DNA of 64,000 nucleotides from Octopus vulgaris (GCA_951406725.2 OX597824.1:26412001-26476000), one strand, 5' to 3'; positions 1-14,311 are shown, counted from the first letter of the stretch. Translations and numbers: made by a program. Notes: generated by a model from the letters alone, not told the origin.

Positions 1-263
1 GGCCGGTTTCCTGGTTTCTTGGCGTATAGGTTCCTCACCTGAACGGGACGCCGGTCCGTCGCAGGTGAGCTGCAAGATGCAGGAGGAAAGAGTGAGAGAA
101 AGTTGTGGCGAAAGAGTCAGCTGAAGTTCACCATTACCTTCTGCCGGAGCCGCGTGGAGCTTAGGTGTTTCGCTCATAAACACATACATCACTCGGTCTG
201 AGATTCGAACCCGCGATCCCTCGACTGCGAGTCCACTGCTCTAACCGCTTGACGATGTGCCTC
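1..263 (-). mobile_element. tRNA-Arg-like SINE family C (resembles Octopus OR2-type), truncated by window edge
   Basis: Reverse complement starts GGAGGCACATCGTCAAGCGGTTAGAGCAGTGGACTCGCAG..GGTTCGAATC (A/B boxes); body and tail match the copy at 60612-60915. Confidence 0.85.
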
Positions 264-519
264 CTCTCTGCATTAATAATGTCTTATAATTTCAACACAA
301 GCCATTAAATGTACAAAGAATCTATCTGTGCAGTTGACTGACCTCAATACATAGTTGGCGCTTATTTACATCAGTCCAAAGGGCATGAAAGGCAAAGTAG
401 AGACTCTATCCTCTTCGGCGCCATTATTTGAATATAGAATACAGGAGAATGGATTATATTCAGCCAGATACTAGCACCGGAATTCTATCAAAACTATCAC
501 TCTCTCGTCCAAACATCTC

Positions 520-670
520 TTTTATTTTTTACTTGTTTCAGTTATTGGACTGTGGCCATGCTGGGCTATTGCCTTGAACGGTTTTAGTCAAATAAATCGA
601 CCCCAGCATTTATTTCTTGTCTGGTACTTATTCTATCGGTCTCTTTGGCCGAAGCAGCTAGGTTACGGGA
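520..670 (-). mobile_element. SINE family A, 3' part
   Basis: TTACTTGTTTCAG..GGCCATGCTGG..GTACTTATTCTATCGGTCTC matches the full copy at 31620-32030. Confidence 0.8.
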
Positions 671-883
671 AGGTATTTCAGCAGACTCAAAAGTACCACC
701 CATAAAAGTGTCGCTTTGGACCGGGCTGCCTCGGACCAATCCCTCACCCACCGTCTAGCCGTGTTACTGTAACTGAGTGAATTGTACTCTTAAGGGCCAG
801 GTGGTAAAGGTAAGCCGTGTCACAGACGAAGCCCACTCCAGAACAGGGACGGCTCATCCTAAAACGGTGGGGTTCATCAGATA

Positions 884-1498
884 TGAAGGCAGAATATTTT
901 AGGTGGTTCACAGAAGAAACAAAAGTTCGTGTGAAGTTTCAAATGAAAAATATTTATTATAGTTAACATTAAAAAATGTCGCAACGAACGACAGAAAAAA
1001 AGAAGATATTTACAAGTGAGTCAGTTGATACATGTTCGTGAGAGATGCGCATGTCAACAATGATGGTGGACTGTAGTAGTCGCTGCATTCCGTAGCCGAA
1101 ACTGAGTGGTGTAAGTTACTGCAGTCGTTGGTCTTGGTTGTATCATGGCGATAAACTGGGTAGCAGGTGTTTCATCTTATATAGCCAAGATCTGGCGAGG
1201 AAAAGGTTCCAAAGACGAAATCATTAATGAAATTTCATTGTTATTTACCCAAAAATGTTTGTTTACAACAACTGGGATTTTAATGACTTGAACATCTTTT
1301 GGTTCTGTTTTCGCTGGTCCTACTAGGTACTGATAAAAAAACGAATTCTTATTGTGTTTGTCGGAGACTTGGATGGGTCGGTCGCTTGCTGACGTCATCA
1401 ATCCTTGACAGAATACTGTTTGTTGTTTTCTTATTTTTACGTTTGACTCAGTGATTCGAGTTCGATTCCTAGGCAGTGATTTGCTATATATTCCAACA
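884..1498 (-). mobile_element. Probable LTR with degenerate PBS, lying between the two halves of a SINE-A
   Basis: Minus strand begins TGTTGG at 1498, has GGCTATATAAG (TATA-like, ~1180), AATAAA (~955) and ends ..CCTTCA. It is followed by TGATGAACCCC, resembling a TGGTGACCCC primer-binding site. Confidence 0.4.
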
Positions 1499-1519
1499 AA
1501 CTTCCATGCACTTGAATCT

Positions 1520-1655
1520 ACTAAATTTCATCGACAAGGTTTTGGTTGACTCGAAGCTATTGTAGAAGACAATAGTTTCGGAAAGTATGATTTGAACCTG
1601 GAAATCATGTACAAGTGAAGTGAATTTCTTAACCACAGGTCTATTCATGCGCCCT
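1520..1655 (-). mobile_element. Degenerate SINE family A, 5' part
   Basis: CTACTAAATTTCATCGACAAGGTTTTGGTTGACTCGAAGCTATTGTAGAAGACA resembles the family A body. Confidence 0.6.
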
Positions 1656-1945
1656 TAAACTTTGATGCGGTAGGTTGAGCAAGTTTAAAAAAAAGTCAAT
1701 ATTACAAACCAGTTAGCTTCAATAAAAAAATATTTCTAAAGCTGTGATTTATTATAATTGTCTATCAAACTAGTTTTTACAAAGTCATATATTCTATACA
1801 ATTTTTTAATATACTTATTTAAATTTTTACTTGTTTATTATTATATATACTTTCTTTAGCGTATTCCGGAGTCCCCTCCTTCTTTCTAATTCATTTACTC
1901 TTTCTATGTACATTTCTTACATGCCCTCACATCACCTAGTGTGTG

Positions 1946-1960
1946 TCTATCTATTTATTC

Positions 1961-2035
<75 letters not shown>

Positions 2036-2135
2036 AGTCTGTCTGTCTGTCTCTCTCTCGCTCTCTACGTACGTACGTACCTATCTATCTATCTGCTTGT
2101 CTGTCTGTCTGTCTGTCTGTCTCTTTCTCTCTACG

Positions 2136-2208
<73 letters not shown>

Positions 2209-2306
2209 GTCTGTCTGTTTGTCTTTCTCTCTCTCTACGTACGTACGTACCTACGTACCTACCAACCTACCTACCAACCTACCTACCTACCTAACTACCT
2301 ACCTAC

Positions 2307-2376
<70 letters not shown>

Positions 2377-2383
2377 GTCTGTC
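1946..2383. repeat. Compound (TCTA)n/(TCTG)n/(CCTA)n microsatellite
   Basis: Direct reading. Confidence 0.97.
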
Positions 2384-2787
2384 AGTCTACTCTTCCCTCT
2401 CACTCTCTGCCTATGTTTTTCCTTCTAAATATCCAAGGCTGAACAGACAGCGGCCAGGAAGGATATAAAATATGAAGAAAGGAACACAGCAAGAAAAATA
2501 AATAAACAAAATAAAATAAATAAAGGATGACTCCCGTCTCCTACCTACTTCCCACTCTCTTTTGTTTTTCTATAAAACCATTGTTCTGTTTACTTTTCCC
2601 CGCGCCGCCGCCCTCTCTCTCTGTATGTTTTTCGTGGCGAGTTTATAACTCTTTTCCTCCTCCTCTCTCTCCTCCTCCTCCAGTCTACAGCAACATGTGT
2701 ACAATGATGCATACGAGAGTGATAAATTTCTCAGAATGAATGAATGAATGAATGCCAGTCAGATTGTAGACAGACATGTATACACAG

Positions 2788-2789
<2 letters not shown>

Positions 2790-2845
<56 letters not shown>

Positions 2846-2888
2846 ACATTTATATATCTATACATGTATGTAAGTGTGTGTCTGTACG

Positions 2889-2948
<60 letters not shown>

Positions 2949-3320
2949 ACAAACATATAGATCATCATAAGCGCAATATTTTAAACCACTCTGAGAAACA
3001 ATCGAATGAGCATGCGCATTTTCCAACAACGATTTTTTAAAGAAACCAACGAACCGAAACCATCTTTTTATATACATGCACACAGACACAAATACATAAT
3101 ACATGAACGCATGCATACATATATACATATATACATATATACATGAATGCATGCATACATACATATATAAATACATACGTACATGCATGCATATATGTGT
3201 GTTTATATATATATATATGTGTGTGTGCGTGTATGTGTGTATATTTATAATATATATATATATATATATATATACATATGCATATATATATATATGTATA
3301 TATGTATATATATTGCATAT
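2790..3320. repeat. (CA)n, (TG)n and (TA)n low-complexity tract
   Basis: Direct reading. Confidence 0.95.
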
Positions 3321-3662
3321 ATACATGGTTATGATTTCTGTGAGGCTATCGAATGCGCATGTCAATTTTTAGACACTATTTTGATACACGCGCACACATA
3401 CACATAAATACACACGAACACTGAATTTTATACAACTCTATAAACCATACACACGAAATTACACATACATACACACACACACACACACAAATAAGCAGTA
3501 ATTCAATTGCCTACACGAAAATACAATCACACACATGAGAATACATAAGAGATACAACCTGACATACACATTATACTTTCTCACAGACGCACACATACAT
3601 TCATACACACGCATACACGCATAGGAAACGGATCTTCGTCGGGTTCGGCGATGATTATACCA

Positions 3663-3893
3663 ATTTCTTTACTACCCACAAGGGGCTAAACGCAGAGAGG
3701 ACAAACAAGGACAGACAAACGGATTAAGTCGATTATATCGACCCCAGTGCGTAACTGGTACTTAATTTATCGACCCCGGAAGGATGAAAGGCAAAGTCGA
3801 CCTCGGCGGAATTTGAACTCAGAACGTAACGGCAGACGGAATACGGCTACGCATTTCGCCCGGCGTGTTAACGTTTCTGCCAGCTCGTTCGCC
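3663..3893 (-). mobile_element. Full-length SINE family B (tail type B1) with 16-bp TSD
   Basis: tRNA-like head, GAGGTCGACTTTGCCTTTCATCC core and tail CCCCTTGTGGGTAGTAAAGAAA; flanked by GGCGATGATTATACCA at 3647-3662 and 3894-3909. Confidence 0.92.
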
Positions 3894-3959
3894 GGCGATG
3901 ATTATACCAGTTGCTTGACCATGTGAACTATATTCTGGCTAAATAAAATTGTGAGAAGG

Positions 3960-4178
3960 GAGTGAGGTGGCAGAATCGTTAGCGGATAAGACAAAATGCT
4001 TAGTGCCATTGCTTCCAGCTGTTTTCTTTCTGAGTTCAAATGATGCCGAAGTTGACATTGCCTTTCATCTTATCGGGATCGATGAACTAAAAACCAATCA
4101 AGTACTGGAGTCGATGAAATCGATTAGCATCCGCTCCCAAAATTTCGGACCTTGTGCCTATAGAAGTAAGGATTATCA
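3960..4178 (+). mobile_element. Diverged SINE family B (tail type B2)
   Basis: GGCAGAATCGTTAGC head; tail AAATTTCGGACCTTGTGCCTATAG. Confidence 0.8.
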
Positions 4179-4418
4179 CATTGGCAAGCTGACTTGATCA
4201 AATAGAAACCAGCTGATAAAATGACTACCAGGGTTGAGGTAATCACCTTCCTTCCTTAAAGTTTTGTGGCCCTGTGCCAAAATTTGTAAAAATTACTATT
4301 ATTGCCAAAATTTGTAAGAATTATTATTATTGGCTAAATTTGTAAGAATCATCATCATCAAGTTAGCGAACTGGCACAATCGTTAGTTTCGAACAAAATG
4401 CATAGCGGTATTTCTTCC

Positions 4419-4821
4419 GGCGGCGAGCTGGCAAAAACGTTAGCACGCCGGGCGAAATGCGTAGCCGTATTTCGTCTGCCGTTCAAATTCCGCCGAGGTC
4501 GACTTTGCCTTTCGTCCTTTCGGGGTCGATAAATTAAGTACCAGTTATGCACTGGGGTCGATATAATCAACTTAATCTGTTTGTCTGTCCTTGTTTGTCC
4601 TCTCTGTGTTTATCCCCTTGTGGGTAGTAAAGAAATAGGTATTTCGTCTGTCGTTACGTTGTGAGTTCAAATTCCGCCGAGGTCGACTTTGCCTTTCATC
4701 CTTTCGGGGTCGATTAAATAAGTACCAGTTACGCACTGGGGTCGATGTAATCGACTTAATCCGTTTGTCTGTCCTTGTTTTTCCCCTCTGTGTTTAGCCC
4801 CTTGTGGGTAGTAAAGAAATA
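4419..4821 (+). mobile_element. SINE-B1 tandem dimer nested in an older SINE-B (4362-4870)
   Basis: Two B1 units joined at 4637/4638; TSD GGTATTTCTTCC at 4407-4418 and 4822-4833. Confidence 0.88.
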
Positions 4822-4903
4822 GGTATTTCTTCCGGCTCTTTACATTTTGAGCTCTCATGCCACCGAGATCTTCCCGCTACTACTTGATAACCAGTATTGA
4901 TTT

Positions 4904-5100
4904 ATACAGTTCTATATTTAAGAGATGAGGAATTATGTACATTAATTACATTCGACTTTGTCCTCTTCTTGTTTGTTGTTAACACAACGTTTAACAACAC
5001 CTGAAGAAGGCTGGTGGGTATATCAGCCGAAACGTTGGGTTAACAACAAACAAGATGAGGACAAATATCTGTGGAATGTAAATAATGTAAATAATGTACT
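4904..5100 (+). mobile_element. Penelope-like fold-back mini-element carrying an HHR, 10-bp TSD
   Basis: TSD GTATTGATTT at 4894-4903 and 5101-5110; left arm is an inverted copy of the 3' end; homologous to 39355-39492. Confidence 0.75.
4996..5041 (+). ncRNA. Minimal type I hammerhead ribozyme motif
   Basis: AACAC-CTGAAGA-A-GGCTG..CAGCC-GAAAC-GTT-GGGTT; loopless palindromic stem III. Confidence 0.65.
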
Positions 5101-5300
5101 GTATTGATTTGTTTACGTCGTTGCATTATAGCGGTTCGGTAAATGCAACCGATATAATAAGTGGCTGACTAAAAAAAAACAAACAAACAAAAAACAACAA
5201 TATAAGTGCTGGGGTCGATTCTTCGACTAAAGCCCTTCAAGGCGTTGCTCGAGCATGGCTGCTATTCAGTGATTGAAACCAGCAAATGAGATAAAAGATA
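5101..5300 (+). mobile_element. SINE family A, 3' part (host of the HHR element)
   Basis: GTTTACGTC..AGCGGTTCGG..GGGGTCGATT..CAAGGCG..AGCATGGC..GATAAAAGATA. Confidence 0.75.
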
Positions 5301-5425
5301 AATAAACAAAAATGACCGGAAATGTGGCCATCGTTATAGTATTTCAAAGGAAGGAAAACAGCACATGAAATTGTTGGTAGAAAGCAAAGCTGTGTTAACA
5401 AACGAGCTGCTGTTCGAAATCTCAC

Positions 5426-6285
5426 CTTAACACATCTTCAATAATTGTCAGATGAACGAAAAGGAAAAAAAAGAACAAGAACTAGAGAGAAAATAATTCA
5501 ATATCAAGGGAGTTTTATTAACATTGACTTAAATGAAAGAGCAGACGACACTTTGAAGTTTAAACTCGCCATCTTTCTTACATTGTGAGCGAAATTATTA
5601 AGAAAATATTGTTAATTGTAGAAATTAGCAGGAAAAAATTAAATAAAAGAGATAAACGATGAGAACGATGGAATAGAAGAGGAGTGAACGGATTAAAAAA
5701 AATATAAAGGAAAACAAACAATAAACATATAATAAACATATAATAATTGTTCATTATTTGTTAGAATATCTGCGAAATATGATTCCTTTGAAGTGAACAT
5801 TGTGAAACGAAGTGGATTTGTCCTAATTGGTTGGCGTGATGGGGAGAGAGAGAGGGGAGAAAGGATGAGAGAAAGAGATAGAGAGATAGACAAAGAGAAA
5901 GATGGAGGAAGAGTTAGAGAGAATGTAAGAAAAAAAAAGAGAGGGTAAGAGAGAGAGAGAGAGAGAGGAAGAGCCTGAAGAGGAAATCGAAAGATACAAA
6001 GGGGAAATCAAATCAACGAAAAAGGCGAAGAGGAAGAGAAAAATACAGAGAGAAATAAAGAGAAAAGAGAGGAAGAAAGTGAAAGAGAGAGAACACTAAA
6101 CGTTATAGAGGACATAAAAGAATGGAGAGAGAAAGGGAGAGGGAGAGAGCTGGGGAGAGACAGAGAAGTAGAGAGAATGAGATTGGCGGTGAAGTGATAG
6201 TGAGCGGAATGATGTGTATGCGTTCAGGTAAGGATTGGTCGTAATTGGATGACAACGTATTTAGTTTTATTTTGACGTAATGAAG
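5426..6285 (-). promoter_or_regulatory. Candidate Pol II promoter and non-coding first exon
   Basis: Four ATTGG (CCAAT on minus) at ~5826, 6182, 6233 and 6244; TGACGTAA at ~6272; AAGATGGCG on minus at ~5570; donor-like AAG|GTGAGA at ~5426. Motif evidence only. Confidence 0.25.
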
Positions 6286-6290
6286 CACAC

Positions 6291-6378
<88 letters not shown>
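6291..6378. repeat. (TCTA)n microsatellite
   Basis: Direct reading. Confidence 0.97.
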
Positions 6379-6460
6379 ACTAACTACATTTGTGTGTGTG
6401 TGTGTATGTGCATGTATATATGTATATAGACCAGCCTGTCTCTGTGTCAATCTCTCTCTT

Positions 6461-6519
<59 letters not shown>

Positions 6520-6604
6520 CAGTCTGTCAGTCTGTGTGTTTGTGTGTGTGTCTGTCTGTCTGTCTACTTCTCTTTCTCTCTTTATATATGTGTGTGTGCT
6601 TATA

Positions 6605-8075
6605 TGGGTAGAGGACGTCACCAACAGTAAACAACATGAAATGCGAAAACAAATGTGTTCAATACGCAAACAATGAGAGAAACACATGGAAAACAGGACA
6701 AGTAACACACAGAACGACCCTTCATCAGTTGTCGGCTGTCTATCTACTCCTCATTTCGAGCATTGAACGGCAATATGAGTATTGGAAGACAATTGCTCCC
6801 ATAAGTACCAAAATAAAATCTTTGGATTTATGGAGGGTCAAAGTTGGGAACAAAAACACGACAGTGGAGACACACAAGGAAATCGAACAAAAAAAAAAAA
6901 TGGTTGACATACAAGGAAACCAAACGAAAATAAAAAATGGTTGACGTCTTTTCCGAATCTGATTGTGAAAAAAAAAAGAAAAATGAAATCAAAAACAACA
7001 CTATACAAAGTAAAAATTGAAAGCAAACCTGCCTATAGGAGACAGCTACCAAGGCTCAATCAAGAAGCCCCGCAAATCCAGTTGACCAATAATACAAGGT
7101 AAAATTCCCTCCCCCAGCTGTATCCTCTGGCGTACAGACACATGCTGACAGTAGACTCATTCTTGTGAACTATTCACGTCACTCTCTCAAATCTTTCAGC
7201 AAATTCATCAAAGGTTAGTATCTCCTTTTCTCTCTGTACCCTTTTACCTAAGTGGGATATAGAAGTTAATGGGAACTTGGGTGAAGGGAAAAGTGTCTGC
7301 TCTGAGAAATTTCAGTTTTATCCAACAGAAATTTGTATCGCCTTTTACCATAGCCAGAAATAAACAGAAAATCCGTCTGCGAGTTGAAAGTCCACTGGAA
7401 TTGACTGTTCTGTTGATCTTCGTAGGCATCTAGAATGTAAATGAGAACATCGTTCCTCTTGTTCAATACAAATTCTCAGTATGTTATGAATAAGAAGGCT
7501 GACATACTATAGACCGAACTTCTCGACAAGCAGAGCTTGAGCGTCAATCTATGGTCTGAACTTTCGTTTACAAATCCTAAAGATATACCTTAAATATTTC
7601 CCTCATTATATCCCCTATCGGAAAAAAAAAATCGCGTCCCCATTAGCTTCAAACACTTTTAGAAGAACAGAAAACATTTCCACTCTTCTCTCCTTCAAAT
7701 CCAATGATAGTCGCCGAGGTTAGCCTCATCACGCACATTTTCAAACTCCCAAAATCATTCACCGTTTTTCTAATGCATTGCGATCACAGTCCAGTTTTGT
7801 AGCAAGCACGGCACAAACTAATTCTTTCACTCACTGGCCGTTCCTGCCACTAATCGCAGTTGAAAATCTCCCACCGTGTCTTCAATATTAGTTTTCCATT
7901 GTTTAAACTTCTTCATCCATTACTTGCGCACATTAATCTTGTCAATGGTGCTATTTCCGCAAACAAACTGTAACCTTCTACGTATGTTGGACAACCTCCG
8001 TTCCCTCCTTTGTCAAGAGTTTAATGACGGTACGTTGCTTCTGTTTGGAATGTCCGCAATGAATAAGAACAGGCA
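6605..8075 (-). mobile_element. Decayed L1/Tx1-type LINE 3' region plus 3'UTR-like sequence
   Basis: Minus translation IFCLFLAMVKG..WIKLKFLRADTF..PINFY..REKEILTFDEFAERF resembles L1-Tx1 ORF2 C-termini; many frameshifts. 6605-6950 may be a separate element. Confidence 0.5.
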
Positions 8076-8344
8076 GAGGAAGAGTTGTCTGTTTGTCTGT
8101 ATGTGTATATGTGTGAGGAAGAGTTGTCTGTCTGTCTGTCTGTCTGTATGTGTGTGGAAGAGTTGTCTGTCTGTATGTGTGTATGTGTGAGTGTGTGTGA
8201 GTGCGTGCGTGTATGTGTGTGTATGTATGTGTGCGTGCGTATGTATAGAGGCATATCTGTGTGTGAGTGTGTGTATATGTGTGAGTGCGTATGTATGTGT
8301 GTGTATATGTGTGTGTCTTTGTGTGTGTGTGTGTGTGTCTTTGT

Positions 8345-8640
8345 GAAGGTGCGTAGTATAGTGGTTAGGGTGTTACACTTACGATCACTAGATCGTGTGT
8401 TCGATTCCGGACCGAGTGGCGATTTGTGTTCTAAGGCAATTCACTTCATTTCATGTTGCTCCATTTCAGTCAGCTGTAAATAGGTAACCATGCAACGGAC
8501 TAGCCTCCCGATTATGGAGTGGGGGGGATGTTGGTCTTCTGGCCTGGAGAGCGGGTGGCATCATTACAAGGCTAAAACGCATTGTGATCAGCGATGTATG
8601 ACAACATATAGTCGAGTGAATCACACGAGCACGCGATCTA
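8345..8640 (+). mobile_element. Old tRNA-derived SINE family D
   Basis: TAGTGGTTAGGGTG..GTTCGATTCCGGACC head; TTGCTCCATTTCAGTCAGCTGTAAAT core. Confidence 0.65.
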
Positions 8641-8704
8641 TTATGTATGTATGTATATATTTCTCTCTCGTTATCATCTCTGTCTGACTCTCTCTTTCTT
8701 TACC

Positions 8705-8948
<244 letters not shown>

Positions 8949-9971
8949 CTAAGCATACATTAATACTACACACATATATCTTTCCATACACAAATACACT
9001 CACATATATGAGAATAAAATAATTATGAATGTTTGAACATTAAGAAAAATAAACGTTCAAATATTCGAATATACGATTGGCTGAACACGAACGTGAAGCG
9101 TTCTTCTGCCTCCGTCACCGAAACATTCACCACACAAACTGATATTGTGCTTTGAGGAGTTATTCGCTCGTTTTCACTTGGCATTTACTGTTTTTGCCTT
9201 TACAATAATATTACACTCTACAGAGAGATAAACGTTAATAATACCATTAAGTTTTGACAACAAGTTCTTATTTTATAAGGATTCAGCTCAATATTTTCAA
9301 CAACAATTCTAAAAATATGAAATACGTTCTCGCTCTAATGTAATTACGACAACAATGTAAATATCAACGAAATGATATTCAGTAAAGTATGGCCGCGGAA
9401 AATGGAGAATAATAAAATAATAACTCTGTAATATTTTCGTTAATTCACGATTATAAGTTTATATATGAATAACACAATTTGAAAGATGAACAGTACACAA
9501 GGATTATTGATCAAAAAATTAACATGATAAGTATAATTTTCATTGGAAAATGACGTCATAATACTTTTATTCAATTTGTTTTCTTTTGTGACCAGTTAAC
9601 AACTCCCTGTGAGGGTGGCGTTTCTACTTGTCCCTAAATAATATTTACACATTTGATTCCCAGCTTATTCAATTTTTCTGATGTTGCATCAAATTTCTCT
9701 TTGTATATATCATTCATCTGAATAAATAAATTTAGAGTAATAGCTAGCATTCAAAGACAGTGTTAGAATTTATGAAGAAATCAAATATCACATTGACCTG
9801 ATTCAGCCACATAAAATTAATGAATTTATCGTAAATATACAGATCAGAAGATTTCGTAACTTGCATGAGCGCGAACTGAAATGCGCACCTAGTGAATCAT
9901 ATTGAAAAACTTATATATATAATTTAATGTACACGGTATAAAGAAACCACCTATTAATAGTTTCTTACTTG

Positions 9972-10018
9972 GTGACAGGTTTTTATAGAATGCTTTGTTT
10001 TCAAGCAATCATCAGGCC
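9972..10018 (-). ncRNA. Degenerate type I HHR in a Penelope-like remnant
   Basis: Minus strand CTGATGA-TTGCTT..AAGCA..AAAACCTGTC. Confidence 0.35.
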
Positions 10019-10130
10019 CATGCTAGAAACTATGAGTGCTTCGTATGTTTAGACTGTACAATTAAATGATATTCATCTCTCATTGCATGGAGTACTTTTC
10101 CTGTTGATTTGCCTGATCAGAAAAGTAAAC

Positions 10131-10216
10131 TATACATACATACATACATACATACATACATACATACATACATACATACATACATACATACATACATACA
10201 TACATACATACATACA

Positions 10217-10252
<36 letters not shown>

Positions 10253-10305
10253 TATATGTATATATATATATATGTGTGTGTATGTATATATATATATATA
10301 TATAA
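10131..10305. repeat. (TACA)n + (TA)n microsatellite
   Basis: Direct reading. Confidence 0.95.
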
Positions 10306-10448
10306 CATTTAGATTCAGATGAATATGGTACTTAAGTTGAAGGCACAAGAATTTAGTGTGGTACTATCCATATAATTTAAAATAAGGTGATTATAATAAA
10401 AAATAATCAACAAGGATATCCTTGTTGCTTATTTTGATGTATATATAT

Positions 10449-10950
10449 TGGGTGCGTAAGGTATTTGAGGCGATATGTTAATTTTACTATACTAGCATAT
10501 TTATCAACTTAATATTTTCTATGTTTCAGAGTTATCAATGACAGACCCTATGATTACACAGAAAATGAAGAGGTACGCAGTCATCGTGATTATAAAGGCC
10601 GAACATAGCAATTTAGAAATAGCACAATGTTTAAATGTCGCTTGATCCTTCGTCTACAAAATTCGCAGGGAGTTAGAGACTAAAGACGGTAATGTATTGC
10701 CAATATCCAAACGTAAGAAGCATTGTAGACGCACTGATAGACTTAGAACACCAGAATTTATTCAACAAGTAAGGCAGAACATTGATGACAATCCCAGAAG
10801 ATCCATGAGGATGATTGCAAAAGAACACCATGTGTAAGAAGGAACAATCCGAAATGTTGTCTACAAAGACATCAGATACAAATATTATCCGATGAGAAAA
10901 GGTCATTTCATAGCAGAAACAGTGAAGTAAAATCGCTTAATCAGAATCAC
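10449..10950 (+). mobile_element. maT/DD37D transposon, left TIR and N-terminal transposase pseudogene
   Basis: GGGTGCGTAAGGTATTTGAGG matches the inverted end at 19645-19668; translation MITQKMKRYAVIV..RTPEFIQQV..DDNPRRSMRMIAKE with stops. Confidence 0.85.
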
Positions 10951-11284
10951 ATTTGTTTGTCGTCTTTATAATTCAATAGAATATCGGTGATAAGTCCGAC
11001 ATTGCTTATGCTGTCGGTGGAGCATTAGACGTGTTAAGAACTAACGGATGACACCATCTTGAATTAACTCGTTTCTGCACTTAAGGCGATCAAGTGTTTA
11101 AAGATTCGTTTAGGTGGAAATTGCGAAGTGTGTTTGTTACATCGTAATTTATCTGAAGAAATCTTGACATTAGTTTAATTAACAAACTAATTAATATATC
11201 AACCAATGCCACAGGTAATAATTTAACAGATCTTATAGCTATATCATTCATACTCAAATCTAAATTATAATATAATATAATGTA

Positions 11285-11690
<406 letters not shown>

Positions 11691-11699
11691 GTGTGTCAT

Positions 11700-11920
11700 T
11701 TATTTTCTACTCGTTTCAATCATTACACTGCGACCATGCTGGTGCACCACGTTGTAGACCGTTTAGTCGAATGAATCGATCCCAATACGTATTTTTTTTA
11801 TAGCTTGGTACTTTTTCTACCAGTCTCTTTACGGGGTTGTGAACACACCAACACCGGTTGTGAAGCGATGGTGGGAGATTAACATAGACAAAAAAACAGA
11901 CACACGTAGATACACGCACG

Positions 11921-11959
<39 letters not shown>

Positions 11960-12076
11960 CAGTGTTCTTTAAGCTTCCCTCTAGCAAATCCACTTGCGCA
12001 AGGTGCCACGCAGTAAGACTGAACCTAGAACCGTGTGATTGGGTAGGTAGCTTCATACCACACAGCCATGGTGCGC

Positions 12077-12078
<2 letters not shown>
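11700..12078 (-). mobile_element. SINE family A with internal (CA)n
   Basis: Head AGGCGCACCATGGCTGTGTGGTATG on minus; tail present. Confidence 0.85.
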
Positions 12079-12123
<45 letters not shown>

Positions 12124-12138
12124 GTCTTGTCTTTTTAT

Positions 12139-12179
<41 letters not shown>

Positions 12180-12463
12180 TCTCATGCATACAGTTGCATA
12201 TCTAGACATGTTCATAACTATTTAAACGATAAGCTTCTGGAAAGTTTTACAGATTTTTATAGTTCCACTGATAGATTGGATCTGTAGTCCTCGAATTAGC
12301 TTTCTCCTTTCTGGTTTTGCGAAGCCCAATTTCTCAAGATTAGTACTTAGGCAGTGTGTTACATATCCCAGTGCTGAACTATGCATGTATATATTTATGC
12401 ATATATGCATGTATGTATACCTGTATGTATGTCTCTCTCTCTCTCTCCCTATCCATATGTGTG

Positions 12464-12499
<36 letters not shown>

Positions 12500-12661
12500 C
12501 ACACATATAAATGGACATTCATATAAATATTTAGCAAGCTGGATTTATGACTGAGAAATATATGTGGCGAATAGGCATTGAAAGGTAGATACGAAATGGA
12601 TATGTATACATATGTGTGTGTGTACATACATGCATACATACGTACATACGTATATACATAC

Positions 12662-12937
12662 ATTATGGCTGCCCCCTCGTTATCGAGTATGGCCATTGCA
12701 CGAAGCTTAACTGTTACTGGTGCTGTGATCGAATGTGACTTTTTAGCCCAGCTAAAGATCTACAATGTCTTGTACAAAATTGGCAACTAAAACCTTTACT
12801 GGTAATAGCCGGCTGTAGTTGTAACTGGGCTTCATGTACCTTTGCATGTCGTTTAAGTCCTCCTGCCGAATTACACTCTCTTCCACATGCCCGACGGATA
12901 TGATTAGTATGGTGTGTAACACCACCACCAGTGGTCA
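12662..12937 (-). mobile_element. RTE-clade LINE 3' end (C2H2 zinc-finger-like C-terminus and short 3'UTR)
   Basis: ACGRECNSAGGLKRHAKVH..FSCQFCTRHCRSLAGLKSHIRSQH*, then GGCCATACTCGATAACGAGGGGGCAGCC and a (TATG)-like tail. Confidence 0.7.
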
Positions 12938-13310
12938 TACATACATACATACATACATACATACATACATACATACATACATACATACATACATAATACA
13001 TACATACATACATACATACATACATACATACATACATACATACATACATACATACATACATACATACATACATACATACATACATACATACATACATACA
13101 TACATACATACATACATACATACATACATAATACATACATACATACATACATACATACATACATACATACATACATACATACACACACACGTACATACAT
13201 ACATATATACATACACACACACGTACATACATATATACATACATACATACATACATACATACACACACGTACATACATACATACATACATACATACATAC
13301 AGACAGACAG
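12936..13310. repeat. (TACA)n microsatellite
   Basis: Direct reading. Confidence 0.97.
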
Positions 13311-13759
13311 ACACACATGTATATGTAAGTATGTATACACACATACATTCGCGCACACGCACACATATACCCCCCCCCACTTTTTAAGTGTATATTTTTT
13401 TGTTAGTCTTTCATGTGTGATATATATTCTTCATCCATCGAAAAACAAACGACGCAGCTGGATGCGAAACCGCAATGCCGTCTCTAACATCCGGCAGCCT
13501 TCCCATTGTTGTCATTACGGCCAGTGTTTATTGGTTTACAGAAGCAGCACATTGTATTTCCATTTCTCTCACGTTTTCGTCCGTCATCTCTTAGCCAAAT
13601 TTTCTTACTCTTCATCATGTTCCGCATCTCTCTCTCTCTCACTCGTTCAAAGTCTTTCTCTTATACATATACAGTCTATCCCTCTCAACCATAGACTATC
13701 TTTCGCTCATAAATAGTCTCTCTCTCTCTCTCATACATTGTCTCTCTCTCTCACACACA

Positions 13760-14124
<365 letters not shown>

Positions 14125-14275
14125 CACCTTCGTCGCAGAGTCGCAAAAGCAAAAATAAAAAATGTGCCGCCTGAAAGTTTGCGGCATGAACATTTGATCA
14201 CTATAAACAAATCATTTGTGCAGATCGTTCGGCAAAAGCTGAACACTCATACGTCGCCTTCGACGGGAGAGTCCA

Positions 14276-14309
<34 letters not shown>

Positions 14310-14311
<2 letters not shown>

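Noticed and set aside
870-885. CTGATGA on the minus strand
   Set aside because: No stem II or GAAA follows; better read as a degenerate PBS.
12714-12900. C2H2 zinc-finger host gene
   Set aside because: It is followed by an RTE-type 3' end and tail with no splice acceptor, so it is transposon-derived.
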